This document shows positions 42,802 through 55,756 of a DNA stretch of 64,000 nucleotides, piece by piece. Every line of letters begins with the position of its first letter. Within the stretch, counting starts at the first letter, position 1. The notes under the pieces are model-generated. The model had not been told where the DNA came from, ran no database searches, and was given only the letters and a program-made list of their open reading frames with translations. Source of the stretch: Caldilineales bacterium (GTDB lineage Bacteria > Chloroflexota > Anaerolineae > JAAEKA01); NCBI GenBank assembly GCA_025055015.1, contig JANWYQ010000055.1, positions 41,371-105,370 on the forward strand, written 5' to 3'. The translations under genes and the position numbers were made by a program.

Positions 42802-43552
42802 CATGAGTGTCCGACTCAAGTCCCCCCGAGCCAGCAAGGACGCAGTAATCTACCCAGAAAGCGACGGCAAGCCCATGGCCGAGTCCGACTTGCACCGCGA
42901 GATCATGGTCTACATCATCCACCTCTTGCAGCGGTGGTTCAAGGGGCAGCAGGTGTACGTCAGCGGCAACCTGTTACTCTATTACGAGGAGGGCAACCCG
43001 CGCAAGGTGGTGGCCCCTGACTGCTTCGTGGTGTGGGGCGTGCCCCCGCACCGCCGGCCGATCTACAAGCTGTGGGAGGAGGGCAAGGCGCCGGGCGTGG
43101 TGTTCGAGGTCACCTCCAAGAGCACCCGACACGAGGACTGGGTCACCAAGATGCACCTGTACGCGCGGCTGGGCGTGCAGGAGTACTACCTTTACGACCC
43201 CACGGGCGACTACTTGCGGCCCACGCTGCAGGCGTTCGTGCTGGAGGGCAAGCACTTTGTGCCCATGCCGCCGGCCAACCGGGGGACCCAGGTGGGTGAG
43301 CTCTCCCTGGCGCCGGCTGCCGACGAGCCGCCGGAGTACGTCAGCCCGTTGCTCGGCCTGCGCCTGGCCTTGAACGAGGACGGGTGGCTGGTGTTCTACG
43401 ACGAGGCCACGGGCCAACGGCTGCTCAGCGACGAGGAGGCGCGCAGGCAGGCCGAGGAGGAGCGGGCCCGCGCAGAAGCAGCTAGATCGCAGGCCGAGCA
43501 AGAGAACGCCCGCCTGCGCGCTGAGCTGGCCCGCCTGCGCGGCGAGGCATAA
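42802..43552 (+). CDS. Uma2-family (DUF820) putative PD-(D/E)XK endonuclease with C-terminal coiled-coil tail
   Basis: Characteristic YPESDGKPMAES...E...NLLLYYEEG...PDCFVV...FEVTSKST motifs of Uma2/DUF820. Located 23 nt upstream of the PHP-UvrD gene on the same strand. Confidence 0.8.
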
Positions 43553-43575
43553 GATCGTCCCGGCGGCTTTCCCCC

Positions 43576-47388
<3,813 letters not shown>

Positions 47389-47692
47389 GGCAGGCTGCAG
47401 GCATGGAGAGTCAGAGCTGCAGGAGGATGGAGCCCTCCGGCGGTTGCTGCCACCACGCACCTCGCAGTCCAGCTGGACAGCCAGACTGATTCGCCAATCT
47501 CCAAGAACCGGCGCAGCTTGATAGCCCGGTTCTGCGCAACCGAGGTGGCCGCCGTTAGCGCAGGTGTCGCGTCTTTGCAGGAATGCTCGCTTGACTTGTT
47601 GGCGTGCAACGCTCGTCTGGGAGCGGGCCTCGGCGCCAACGCTGTGAAGCACTTCGATCTCGGGTGCTCGCACCTACCGGATAGGAGGTCCG

Positions 47693-48232
47693 ATGTATCA
47701 GGATAACCGCAAGCCCCTCAGCCGCCCGGGCCGCGCAGCGCTGGTGCTCTTGGCCCTGCTCTTGCTGTGGCCGATGGTCGCAGCCTGTGGCGCTCCGGCC
47801 GCGCCTGAGGCCACCGCAGACCGAACAGGAACGGCGGCGGCTTCGGCGCTCAGCGCCACCGCCACTCCCGCCGGAAAGCCTACCGCCACTGCCACCCGCC
47901 GCGCCACCCGAACGCCGACCCCAGCGCTGCGGCCTGCTCCCACGCGCGCCAGCAGCCTGCCCACGGTCCGCTACCAGGACCTGCCGCCGGAGGCTAAACG
48001 CACCATCGCCCTCATCGAGCAGGGCGGCCCCTTCCCCTTTGAGCGCGATGGCATCGTCTTCCAGAACCGCGAGGGGCTGCTGCCCCCCAAGCCGCGCGGG
48101 TACTATCGCGAGTACACGGTGATCACCCCAGGAAGCCGCGACCGCGGGCCGCGACGCATCGTAGCCGGCGCCGGTGGCGAGCTCTACTACACGGAAGATC
48201 ACTACCAGAGTTTTCGCGAAGTCGTCCGGTAG
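47693..48232 (+). CDS. secreted guanyl-specific ribonuclease (barnase/RNase Sa-N1 family) with lipoprotein-like signal peptide
   Basis: Signal peptide LLLLWPMVAACG. C-terminal RNase domain: LPPEAKRTIALIEQGGPFPF...YREYTV.TPG...RG.RRIV...GE.YYTEDHY.SF. AGGAGG RBS. Confidence 0.75.
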   Translation: MYQDNRKPLSRPGRAALVLLALLLLWPMVAACGAPAAPEATADRTGTAAASALSATATPAGKPTATATRRATRTPTPALRPAPTRASSLPTVRYQDLPPEAKRTIALIEQGGPFPFERDGIVFQNREGLLPPKPRGYYREYTVITPGSRDRGPRRIVAGAGGELYYTEDHYQSFREVVR

Positions 48233-48296
48233 TTCGGCAGCCTGCGCCGGACCCTCCGGCTGTTTGACCGAGGTCACCACTGCGAAAGAGTCTCCC

Positions 48297-48734
48297 ATGC
48301 CTAAGTTACATGCCCTGTTCGACGGCCAAACGCCGCCCGGCCTCTACCGCGTGCCCGCAACGACTCCACCGGAGCGCCTTCGGCGGCAGGCCGAGGCCCG
48401 CGGCTGGCGCTTCTTCTACGTGGACGGATCGTCGGTCGCCGACAAGCCCTCCTTCATCCGCACGGTCGGCGACGCCATGGCCTTCCCCGCCTACTCCGCC
48501 CTGAACTGGGACGCGTTCGAGGAGTCGCTGCGCGACCTGACCTGGGCGCCGGCCGCCGGCTACCTGGTGCTTTTCGACGAGCCCGACCAGTTTGCCGCCC
48601 GCAATCCCCAGCAATGGGCCACCGCGCGCGCCATCCTAGAGGACGCAGTGGCCTTCTGGCGCGCGCAGGGCACGCCGATGGTGGTGCTCTTCCGCCGCGC
48701 CGGCCGCGCCCTGCCCGATGTTCCCTGGCTGTAG
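48297..48734 (+). CDS. barstar-like ribonuclease inhibitor
   Basis: AFPAYSALNWDAFEESLRDL matches the barstar family core. Directly downstream of the RNase. Confidence 0.7.
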   Translation: MPKLHALFDGQTPPGLYRVPATTPPERLRRQAEARGWRFFYVDGSSVADKPSFIRTVGDAMAFPAYSALNWDAFEESLRDLTWAPAAGYLVLFDEPDQFAARNPQQWATARAILEDAVAFWRAQGTPMVVLFRRAGRALPDVPWL

Positions 48735-48878
48735 TCCGGCGGTCTGAAGCTGTCTGGGCCGTCTTTGCGCTTATGCGGCGTGCCTTTCCCCGTGTTCACC
48801 GGCTCAAGCTTCCACGCTGAGCACGTTCCTTGCCCTGCCCAAAGCCTAAACCAAATCTCACGTCGGAGGTTCTCGTCC

Positions 48879-49424
48879 ATGCGTCTTATCCCGCGCAAGA
48901 TCTTCCTGACCCGTGGCGTTGGCATCCACAAGGAGAAGCTCTCCAGCTTCGAGCTGGCGCTGCGGGACGCCGGCATTGCCGAGTTCAACTTGGTGCGCGT
49001 CTCCTCCATCTTCCCGCCCAACTGCAAGATCGTGACCCGTGAGGAGGGCATGAAGCTGTTGCAGCCGGGCGAGATCGTCTTCGCCGTCATCGCCGAGATG
49101 GCCACCAACGAGCCGGGCCGCCGCATCGCCGCGGCCATCGGCGTGGCCCGGCCGGCTGACCGCGACAAGTACGGCTATCTGTCGGAACATCACACCTTTG
49201 GCCAAACGGAGCAAGAAGCCGCGGACTACGCCGAGGACCTGGCCGCCACCATGCTCGCCACCACCCTGGGCATCCCCTTCGACGCCGACAAGGACTACAA
49301 CGAGCGCAAGGAGCAGTATCTGATGGGCGGCGAGATCGTGGACACCACCAGCATCTCCATCGGCGTCAATGCAGCCTCCGGCGGCGTCTGGACCACGGTG
49401 GTGGCTGCGGCGATCCTAATCTGA
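48879..49424 (+). CDS. pdaD: pyruvoyl-dependent arginine decarboxylase
   Basis: PdaD family sequence with the conserved Ser-Ser self-cleavage region VSSIFPP. GGAGGT RBS. Confidence 0.8.
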   Translation: MRLIPRKIFLTRGVGIHKEKLSSFELALRDAGIAEFNLVRVSSIFPPNCKIVTREEGMKLLQPGEIVFAVIAEMATNEPGRRIAAAIGVARPADRDKYGYLSEHHTFGQTEQEAADYAEDLAATMLATTLGIPFDADKDYNERKEQYLMGGEIVDTTSISIGVNAASGGVWTTVVAAAILI

Positions 49425-49452
49425 CAGGCAAGGGGCGCCAACCGTTGGATGG

Positions 49453-50373
49453 TTGGCGCCCTTCCTCCACACGCCCATGACCCCCGACAACTTCCTGGGG
49501 CTTCCCGAGCCCTACAGCGACTTCGACCGCGCCGGGGTGCTGGTGTTGCCCATCCCCTTCGAGGCCACGGTGAGCTACGGCCGCGGCGCGGCCGGCGGGC
49601 CGGCGGCCATTGTGGCCGCCTCGCAGCAGGTGGAGCTCTACGACCGCGAGTTCGACCAGGAGCCGGCGCTGGCCTTCGGGGTCCACACCCTGCCGCCCCT
49701 GGCCCTGCCTGCGGACCCGGCGGCGGCCGTAGAGGGCATCGCCCTGGCCGTGGCCAGCCTGGCTCGCACCGGCAAGCTGGTAGTCGGCCTAGGCGGCGAG
49801 CACACGGTGAGCGTCGGCTTCGGCCGCGGGCTGTTGGCGGCGCTGGAGGGGCCCCTCACCGTGGTGCAGCTCGACGCGCACAGCGACCTGCGGGACCGGT
49901 ACGACGGCACCCCCTACAGCCACGCCTGCGTCGCCCGGCGCCTGCTGGAGGAGCCGGGCATCGAGCAGATCCTGCAGCTGGGCGTGCGCTCGGTCTGCCC
50001 GGAGGAGGTGGCCCTGGCGCGCAGCCGGCCGGAGCAGGTGCGGGTGTGGTACGCGGAGGAGGTCCACGCCGGCGGCTGGCAAGCGGAGCTGATCCGGCGG
50101 GTGCGCGGCCGCCGCGTCTACCTGACCCTGGACGTGGACGGGCTGGACCCCAGCGTGATCCTGGCCACGGGCACGCCGGAGCCGGACGGCCTGAGCTGGC
50201 AAGAGGCGTTGGCCGTGCTGCGCACCGTGGCCGAACACGCCGAGATCGTCGGCCTGGACTGCGTGGAGCTGGCGCCGGCGCCCGGCCTCCACGCCTCTGA
50301 CTACGCCGCGGCCAAGCTGGTGTACAAGGTCATGGCTTACGCCATGTTGCTGGGGCGCCGGGGACGCAGATGA
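49453..50373 (+). CDS. speB: agmatinase (arginase/ureohydrolase family)
   Basis: Mn-binding motifs GGEHTV, DAHSD, LTLDVDGLDP. Confidence 0.85.
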   Translation: MAPFLHTPMTPDNFLGLPEPYSDFDRAGVLVLPIPFEATVSYGRGAAGGPAAIVAASQQVELYDREFDQEPALAFGVHTLPPLALPADPAAAVEGIALAVASLARTGKLVVGLGGEHTVSVGFGRGLLAALEGPLTVVQLDAHSDLRDRYDGTPYSHACVARRLLEEPGIEQILQLGVRSVCPEEVALARSRPEQVRVWYAEEVHAGGWQAELIRRVRGRRVYLTLDVDGLDPSVILATGTPEPDGLSWQEALAVLRTVAEHAEIVGLDCVELAPAPGLHASDYAAAKLVYKVMAYAMLLGRRGRR

Positions 50374-50426
50374 ACGCAGATGCTGCGGATCGGAAGGGAT
50401 GGCTGACTCGCTAGAAAGGAATATCC

Positions 50427-51407
50427 ATGGAACACGCTGCCAGCGTTAAGGCTTTCATCAAGCATCACTTCCGCCACTTCAACGCCGCGGCCCTAGTGGA
50501 CGCAGCCGAGGGCTACGTGCAGTTCCTGCGCCGCGGGGGCCAGATGCTGATCGCCATGGCCGGCGCCATGAGCACCGCCGAGCTGGGCCTCTCCCTGGCC
50601 GAGATGATCCGCCAGGGCAAGGTGCATGCCATCAGCTGCACCGGCGCCAACCTAGAGGAGGACATCTACAACCTGGTGGCCCACAACCACTACGTGCGCA
50701 TCCCGAACTGGCGCGACCTGACCCCCCAGGACGAGCAGGCGCTCTTGGCGCGGCACCTCAACCGGGTCACCGACACCTGCATCCCTGAGGAGGAGGCCAT
50801 CCGCCGCATCGAGAGCGCACTGCTGGACGAGTGGACCCGGGCCGACCAGGCGGGCGAGCGCTACTTTCCTCACGAGTTCTTCTACCGCATTCTGCGCAGC
50901 GGCCGCCTGGAGCCCTTCTACCAGATTGACCCGCGCGACAGCTGGATGGTGGCGGCCTGCGAGCGAAACCTGCCCATCTTCGTGCCCGGCTGGGAGGACT
51001 CCACCTGCGGCAACATCTACGCCGCGCACTGCATCGAGGGCACCATTCGCAACGTGCACACCGTGCGCACCGGCATCGAGGCCATGATGGCCCTGGCCGG
51101 CTGGTACAGCGAGGTGTCGCGCACCAACCCCCTGGGCTTCTTCCAGATCGGCGGCGGCATCGCCGGCGACTTCCCCATCTGTGTGGTGCCCATGCTGCGC
51201 CAGGACCTGCAGATGCGGGAGATCCCCCTCTGGGCCTACTTCTGCCAGATCAGCGACTCCACCACCAGCTACGGCTCCTACTCCGGCGCGGTGCCCAACG
51301 AGAAGATCACCTGGGAGAAGCTGGACATCTCCACCCCCAAGTTCCTCATCGAGTCGGACGCCACCATCGTCGCCCCCCTGATCTTCGCCTACGTGCTGGC
51401 AAGCTGA
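50427..51407 (+). CDS. deoxyhypusine synthase-like protein (bacterial DHS/homospermidine-synthase-like)
   Basis: DHS family N-terminal region. Clustered with pdaD and agmatinase. Confidence 0.7.
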   Translation: MEHAASVKAFIKHHFRHFNAAALVDAAEGYVQFLRRGGQMLIAMAGAMSTAELGLSLAEMIRQGKVHAISCTGANLEEDIYNLVAHNHYVRIPNWRDLTPQDEQALLARHLNRVTDTCIPEEEAIRRIESALLDEWTRADQAGERYFPHEFFYRILRSGRLEPFYQIDPRDSWMVAACERNLPIFVPGWEDSTCGNIYAAHCIEGTIRNVHTVRTGIEAMMALAGWYSEVSRTNPLGFFQIGGGIAGDFPICVVPMLRQDLQMREIPLWAYFCQISDSTTSYGSYSGAVPNEKITWEKLDISTPKFLIESDATIVAPLIFAYVLAS

Positions 51408-51416
51408 TCGCACCAA

Positions 51417-51560
51417 GACCGGACCAGCCTACGCGACCGGCCAGGCTGGTCCAGTCTCTCACAGTCGCCGATGGGACTGGACCAGCCCAGGGACGAGAGA
51501 GGCTGGTCCAGTCTCTCACAGCCGCCGACAGGACTGGAGCAGCCTCCGAACCCGGCTGCC
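51417..51560. repeat. two tandem approx 60-bp palindromic units (GGCTGGTCCAGTCTCTCACAG.CGCCGA..GGACTGGA.CAGCC)
   Basis: Direct repeat of a unit that itself contains an inverted repeat (GGCTGGTCCAGTC / GACTGGACCAGCC). Located after the DHS-like gene. Confidence 0.75.
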
Positions 51561-51598
51561 GCAGGTGCCGAATCGGCACGGTTGTGTCTAGCGTGAGG

Positions 51599-51931
51599 TC
51601 AGCCGTGCTCCACCGGACCTTCCGATACCCCGTCGAGGGAGGGCAGCATCCACGTGGAGCGCAGCCGACGCACGAAGCGGTCAATGTCCTCTTCGGTCGC
51701 TAGCTCCGGATCGTCTGCATCGGACCAGGCGCCGCTGGACTTTTCAAGGGCCTTGAGCGGTCGTTCCCGACGAAGCGCGCGCTCGGTTGCTTCCACGATG
51801 AAGCTGTTCCGCTCCCGCGGTGGTACAAGCGACTCCATCATCTCCAGGAGAGGCTCGGGAAACGCTACGTTGATTCTTCGTCGGCTGACCGATGGTGCTG
51901 TCATCGTTGCGCCTTCGTGTTCTTCCGTCAC
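51599..51931 (-). CDS. ribbon-helix-helix antitoxin-like protein, paralog of 17732-17989 (alternative start at 51904)
   Basis: RRINVAFPEPLLEMMESLVPPRERNSFIVEATERALRRE and a C-terminal SGAWSDADDPELA...IDRFVRRLR tail align with the first paralog. Confidence 0.6.
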   Translation of the reverse strand: MTEEHEGATMTAPSVSRRRINVAFPEPLLEMMESLVPPRERNSFIVEATERALRRERPLKALEKSSGAWSDADDPELATEEDIDRFVRRLRSTWMLPSLDGVSEGPVEHG

Positions 51932-53259
51932 CAGCTTCCCATCTTCGTCATTCGCTGCACCTCGATAGCAAACACCACGCGCGGGGCCTGCATCAGCGCC
52001 TCCACCATGGCGTCCACCCGTTCGGCCGGCACGTAGCGCGCCACGATGCGCTGTGTGATAGGCCGCGCCGCCTCCCCCTCGGCCACCACGTGGGCCAGGC
52101 CGCGGCCCGTCACCCCGCGGTAGGGCGGCTGGTCGCGGTCAATCGCAAACCCGACCTTGGGGTGGCCGCGCATGTTGCGTGCCTTGACCCGGTCGGCCGT
52201 GGTGCTCACCAGCAGGCGGCCCTCCTCGAACAGGTACCACACCGGCGTCACCTGGGGATAGCCGTCGCTGCCCAGGGTGCCCAGGCGCATCAGCAGGCCG
52301 GGCTCGTTCAGAAACGCCACCACGGCGTCGTCCAGGGCGATAGGGGGGTGTTCGTCGTGCATGGGAGATGTCTCCAAGGGGGCGTGAGCGGTCCCCGGGA
52401 TGGCGTCGGCCCGCTCGATGGCCAGCCACTGGGCCAGGTCCGCGGGCAGGTCCACGTCCAACCCCAGCCGCGGGGAGCGGACGATGTGGCAAGCCAGGCC
52501 GCGCTCGCGCGCCTGGGCGCAGTGGCGCTGAAAGCTGCCGGGGCCGAACGCATAGCGCAGCGCGCCCGGCGGCCGCACCAACAGCGCGTTGGTGCCCTGC
52601 TCCTGGCCGTCCGGCGCAACAACCACCGCGGCCGGCGCGTAGAGCAGCTGGCTGGCCCGCCACAGCCGCTCCACGTCGGCCAGGGTGAGCAGCGGCAGGT
52701 CGGCCGGCAGGATCAACACCGCGCTGGCTCCGCGCGCCGCAGCAAAGGCCGTGGCCTGCTCCAGCGCGGCGTTGAGGGGGTGATCGGTGGACGGTGAACC
52801 GTGAACGGTGAACGGTGGACGGTGATCAGTAATCGGTGAACGGTGAACGGTGATCGGTGGACGGTGAACGGTAAACGATGAGCCCTGATCGCTCTTCTGC
52901 GGAGCTCGCCTCCCTACCTGCGACCGCCCCGACAACGCTCTCGAGGAACCTCTGTGCCTCTGGGCCTGTGCGTTGAACGTCCGCCCCTCCAGGTGCGAAC
53001 CCGCCTCCGCAGGTACGGGCGACGCCGCCTCGGCCAGGGGCAGCAGACCGTAGGCCGCGGCCAGGTCCAGCGCCGCGGGGTCGGGGCTGACTACGATGCC
53101 GACCGCGCCAAGCCGGCTCTGCGCCTGGCGGACGACCTCCAGGCTGCTCTGTAGCAGGCGCAGGGCCAGCGCCTGGCGCTCCTCGGCCGACAGGACCTCA
53201 GCCAGCCGGCTCTTGGCCTCGGCCAGCCGCTTGACCGGGACGAGGATGTACAGCGTCAC
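51928..53259 (-). CDS. cofC: 2-phospho-L-lactate guanylyltransferase CofC fused to a C-terminal PPOX-class F420-binding split-barrel domain; carries an in-frame heptamer-repeat insertion
   Basis: GTG start overlapping the cupin stop (GTGA). LYILVPVKRLAEAKSRL and LILPADLPLL...GTNALL...FGPGSF...LDVDLPADL are CofC motifs. The heptamer-repeat-encoded HRPPITVHRSPITDHRPPFTVHGSPSTD segment lies between them. C-terminal YPQVTPVWYLFEEGRLLV...PRVVFAIEV is PPOX/F420-dependent-enzyme-like. Possible internal restart at MHDEHPP with a GGAGA RBS. Confidence 0.7.
   Translation of the reverse strand: MTLYILVPVKRLAEAKSRLAEVLSAEERQALALRLLQSSLEVVRQAQSRLGAVGIVVSPDPAALDLAAAYGLLPLAEAASPVPAEAGSHLEGRTFNAQAQRHRGSSRALSGRSQVGRRAPQKSDQGSSFTVHRPPITVHRSPITDHRPPFTVHGSPSTDHPLNAALEQATAFAAARGASAVLILPADLPLLTLADVERLWRASQLLYAPAAVVVAPDGQEQGTNALLVRPPGALRYAFGPGSFQRHCAQARERGLACHIVRSPRLGLDVDLPADLAQWLAIERADAIPGTAHAPLETSPMHDEHPPIALDDAVVAFLNEPGLLMRLGTLGSDGYPQVTPVWYLFEEGRLLVSTTADRVKARNMRGHPKVGFAIDRDQPPYRGVTGRGLAHVVAEGEAARPITQRIVARYVPAERVDAMVEALMQAPRVVFAIEVQRMTKMGSW
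52779..52880. repeat. about 14 tandem heptanucleotide units (GGTGAAC/GGTGGAC/GGTGATC) inside the cofC coding frame
   Basis: ggtggac ggtgaac cgtgaac ggtgaac ggtggac ggtgatc agtaatc ggtgaac ggtgaac ggtgatc ggtggac ggtgaac ggtaaac. Shares TGATCAGTAA.CGGTGAACGGT with the locus at 11972. Confidence 0.85.
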
Positions 53260-53647
53260 GCCGGCTCCCACCGGCCCGGCACGAAGTAGGCCTCGTCCTC
53301 GCCGGGCCACGGGGGCATAGTGATAGCCACGGCCGTCAGCGGCTCCGGCCCGAAGGAGCGAAACTGAAAATGCGTGCCCAGCGGGATGGTGATGCACACG
53401 CCGGCTGACACCGGCGTGATCTCCTCGCGCTCGCCCTGCCGCCGCCACATCTCCCCCCGGCCGCCCAGGAAGAACCAGATCTCCTCCACCGTGCGATGGG
53501 CCACGGCGCGGGAGGTGCGGCCCGGCGCCAGCGCGAAGTGGGCCATGCTGCCGCCGGGCAGGGCTAGCAGCACCCGCACGTCGGAGCCGTCGGGGGCTAC
53601 TACGTCAGGGGCAGCCGGCAGGTGTTTAGTAGCAAAGGGAACGGACA
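53256..53647 (-). CDS. cupin-domain protein
   Basis: Two-motif cupin pattern (G.H...E and G...P.G..H.F.N). 130 aa. Sits between cofD and cofC. Confidence 0.65.
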
Positions 53648-53659
53648 TAGGCAACGCTC

Positions 53660-54679
53660 TCAGCAGTCGCCGCGCCTCAGGGCCCAGGCAAAAGCCAGCA
53701 CCGCCTCGGCCAGGCGCTCCTTGTCGGCGGCGCTGCGCATGATGGTGTCGGTCACCAGGGGCTTCACCCCCAGCGCGGCCACGGCGTCCGCCAGGTCTGC
53801 GTCGGCCGTGTCCAGCACGAAGCCGTCCAGCCGCAGCCGCTGGGCCAGGTGCGCTGCCACCGACGTGGCCGAGACGTCCACGCCCAGCTCGGCCATGATC
53901 TTGGCTGCCGGCCCCTTGAGCGCCTGGCCGCCCACGATGGGGGAGACGGCCACCACCGGCCCGGCGAAGGCCCGCAGCCGCTCCCCCAGGCCGGGCAGCA
54001 GCAGGATAGGGTCCAGGCTCAGGTAGGGGTTGCTGGGGCAGAGCACCACGGCGTCCGCTGCGTCCAGGGCGGCCAGCACCTGGGGCGTCGGCCGGGCGGC
54101 CTCTAGCCCCTCGTAGCGCAAGCTCAGCACGCGCGGCTCGCAGCGCCGGCGCACGAAGTAGTGCTGGAAGGGCAGCGTCCCCTCGTCGGTGTGGACCACG
54201 GTGCGCACCGGCCGGTCGGACATGGGCAGGATGGCGGCGGCGATGCCCAGGGCAGTGCGCAGGCGCTCGGTGACCTCGGTCAGCGACCGGCCTTCCCGCA
54301 GCCACCGAGTGCGCAGGAGGTTGGTGGCCAGGTCGCCGTCGCCCAGGCGGAACCACGTCTCGCCGCCGTAGCGGGCCATCATGGCCAGCGCGCGAAAGGT
54401 CTCGTCGGCCAGGCCCCAGCCCTGCTCCGGGTGGTTGAGTCCCGCCAGGTTGTACATCACCGTGTCCAGGTCGGGACAGACGGTCAAGCCCCAGTGCTCG
54501 AAGTCGTCGCCGGTGTTGACCACCACGGCCAGGCGGCCGCCCAGCCGGCGATACAGGCCGTAGGCCAGCTTGGCGCCGCCCACGCCGCCGGCCAGGGCTA
54601 CGACCAACGGCTGGCCGGCCGGCGGCAGGGCATGACCCCGTTGGGCGGCGGCGGTGAGGGGGCTCGGGGGCTCGGTCAC
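53660..54679 (-). CDS. cofD: 2-phospho-L-lactate transferase CofD
   Basis: LVVALAGGVGGAKLAYGL N-terminus. PSNPYLSLDPIL motif. CofD/UPF0052 length. Confidence 0.85.
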   Translation of the reverse strand: MTEPPSPLTAAAQRGHALPPAGQPLVVALAGGVGGAKLAYGLYRRLGGRLAVVVNTGDDFEHWGLTVCPDLDTVMYNLAGLNHPEQGWGLADETFRALAMMARYGGETWFRLGDGDLATNLLRTRWLREGRSLTEVTERLRTALGIAAAILPMSDRPVRTVVHTDEGTLPFQHYFVRRRCEPRVLSLRYEGLEAARPTPQVLAALDAADAVVLCPSNPYLSLDPILLLPGLGERLRAFAGPVVAVSPIVGGQALKGPAAKIMAELGVDVSATSVAAHLAQRLRLDGFVLDTADADLADAVAALGVKPLVTDTIMRSAADKERLAEAVLAFAWALRRGDC

Positions 54680-54682
54680 TGG

Positions 54683-55747
54683 CTACAGCTCCACCAGGCA
54701 GCCGACGCCCGGCACGTCGGTGGCCACCAGCCACCCCTCCTCGAAGCGGAAGCTGGGCACGCTGGGGTCGCCGATCAGGTCGAAGTGGCCGTCCAGGTCG
54801 CCGTAGCGCACGTTAGGGCTGCTGAGGGCAAAGCCCAGGCCCGCGGCGATGAGCAGGGCCGGCTCGTTCAGGCAGCCCACCATGGTGGCCATGCGCGCCG
54901 CGCGGGCGATGGCGTCCATCTGTCGCGCGTTGATCAGGCCGCCGCAGGTGGCCAGCTTGACGCTGATGCCGTGGGCCGCGCGCGTGGTGGCTACGGCCAG
55001 GGCCGACGCGGGGCCGACCACGCTCTGGCTGGCGAGGATGGGCACCGGGCTGAGCTCCGTCACCTGGCGGAGGGCATCTAGGTTGCCCGCCGGCGTGGGC
55101 TGCTCCAGGAACTCGATCGTGCCCTCCAGCGCACGGGCCACGTCCAGCGCCTCGCGCACGGTGTAGCCCTGGTCGGCGTCCAGCCGAAGGGTCAGGTTGG
55201 GCAGCGCGTCGCGGACGGCCCGCACCCGGCGCACGTCCTCCTCGGCGCTCAGGCCGCCCTTGATCTTCAGGATGCGGAAGCCCTGTCGGGCCCGCTCTTG
55301 CGCCAGCTCCACCGTCTCCCGAACCGGCGCGATGCCCACGGTGACCGAGGTCTGGATGCGGTAGCGATAGCCGCCCAGCAGCCGGTGAAGCGGCAGGCCG
55401 GCGGCCAGCCCCAGCAGGTCGTGGAAGGCGACGTCGAACGCGCACTGGGCCGAGGGCGTATCGCGGGTAAGGGTAGACAGCTCTGCCAGCGCGTACTCGG
55501 TGTTGAGGGGGTTGAGGTCCACCGCCATGGCGGCGCACTGGCGGCAGACCCGCGTCACTTGGTCCAGCGTCTCGCCGGTCAGCGAGGTGTCGAAGGCGGC
55601 GCATCCCCAGGCGCTGCGGCCATCGCTCAGGTCCATGCGCACGAACACCGCAGCAGCCTTGGCCACCTCCGGCTCCTCGTAGGCGACGCGGTAGGGGACC
55701 TTCAGCTTGAACTCTACGGGTGTGACTTCGACGTGGGTGATCTGCAT
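54683..55747 (-). CDS. enolase-superfamily enzyme (mandelate racemase / muconate lactonizing / dipeptide-epimerase-like)
   Basis: KIKGG...LRLDADQG...ILASQ metal-ligand pattern of the MR/MLE subgroup. Confidence 0.8.
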   Translation of the reverse strand: MQITHVEVTPVEFKLKVPYRVAYEEPEVAKAAAVFVRMDLSDGRSAWGCAAFDTSLTGETLDQVTRVCRQCAAMAVDLNPLNTEYALAELSTLTRDTPSAQCAFDVAFHDLLGLAAGLPLHRLLGGYRYRIQTSVTVGIAPVRETVELAQERARQGFRILKIKGGLSAEEDVRRVRAVRDALPNLTLRLDADQGYTVREALDVARALEGTIEFLEQPTPAGNLDALRQVTELSPVPILASQSVVGPASALAVATTRAAHGISVKLATCGGLINARQMDAIARAARMATMVGCLNEPALLIAAGLGFALSSPNVRYGDLDGHFDLIGDPSVPSFRFEEGWLVATDVPGVGCLVEL

Positions 55748-55756
55748 AGGCGCACC

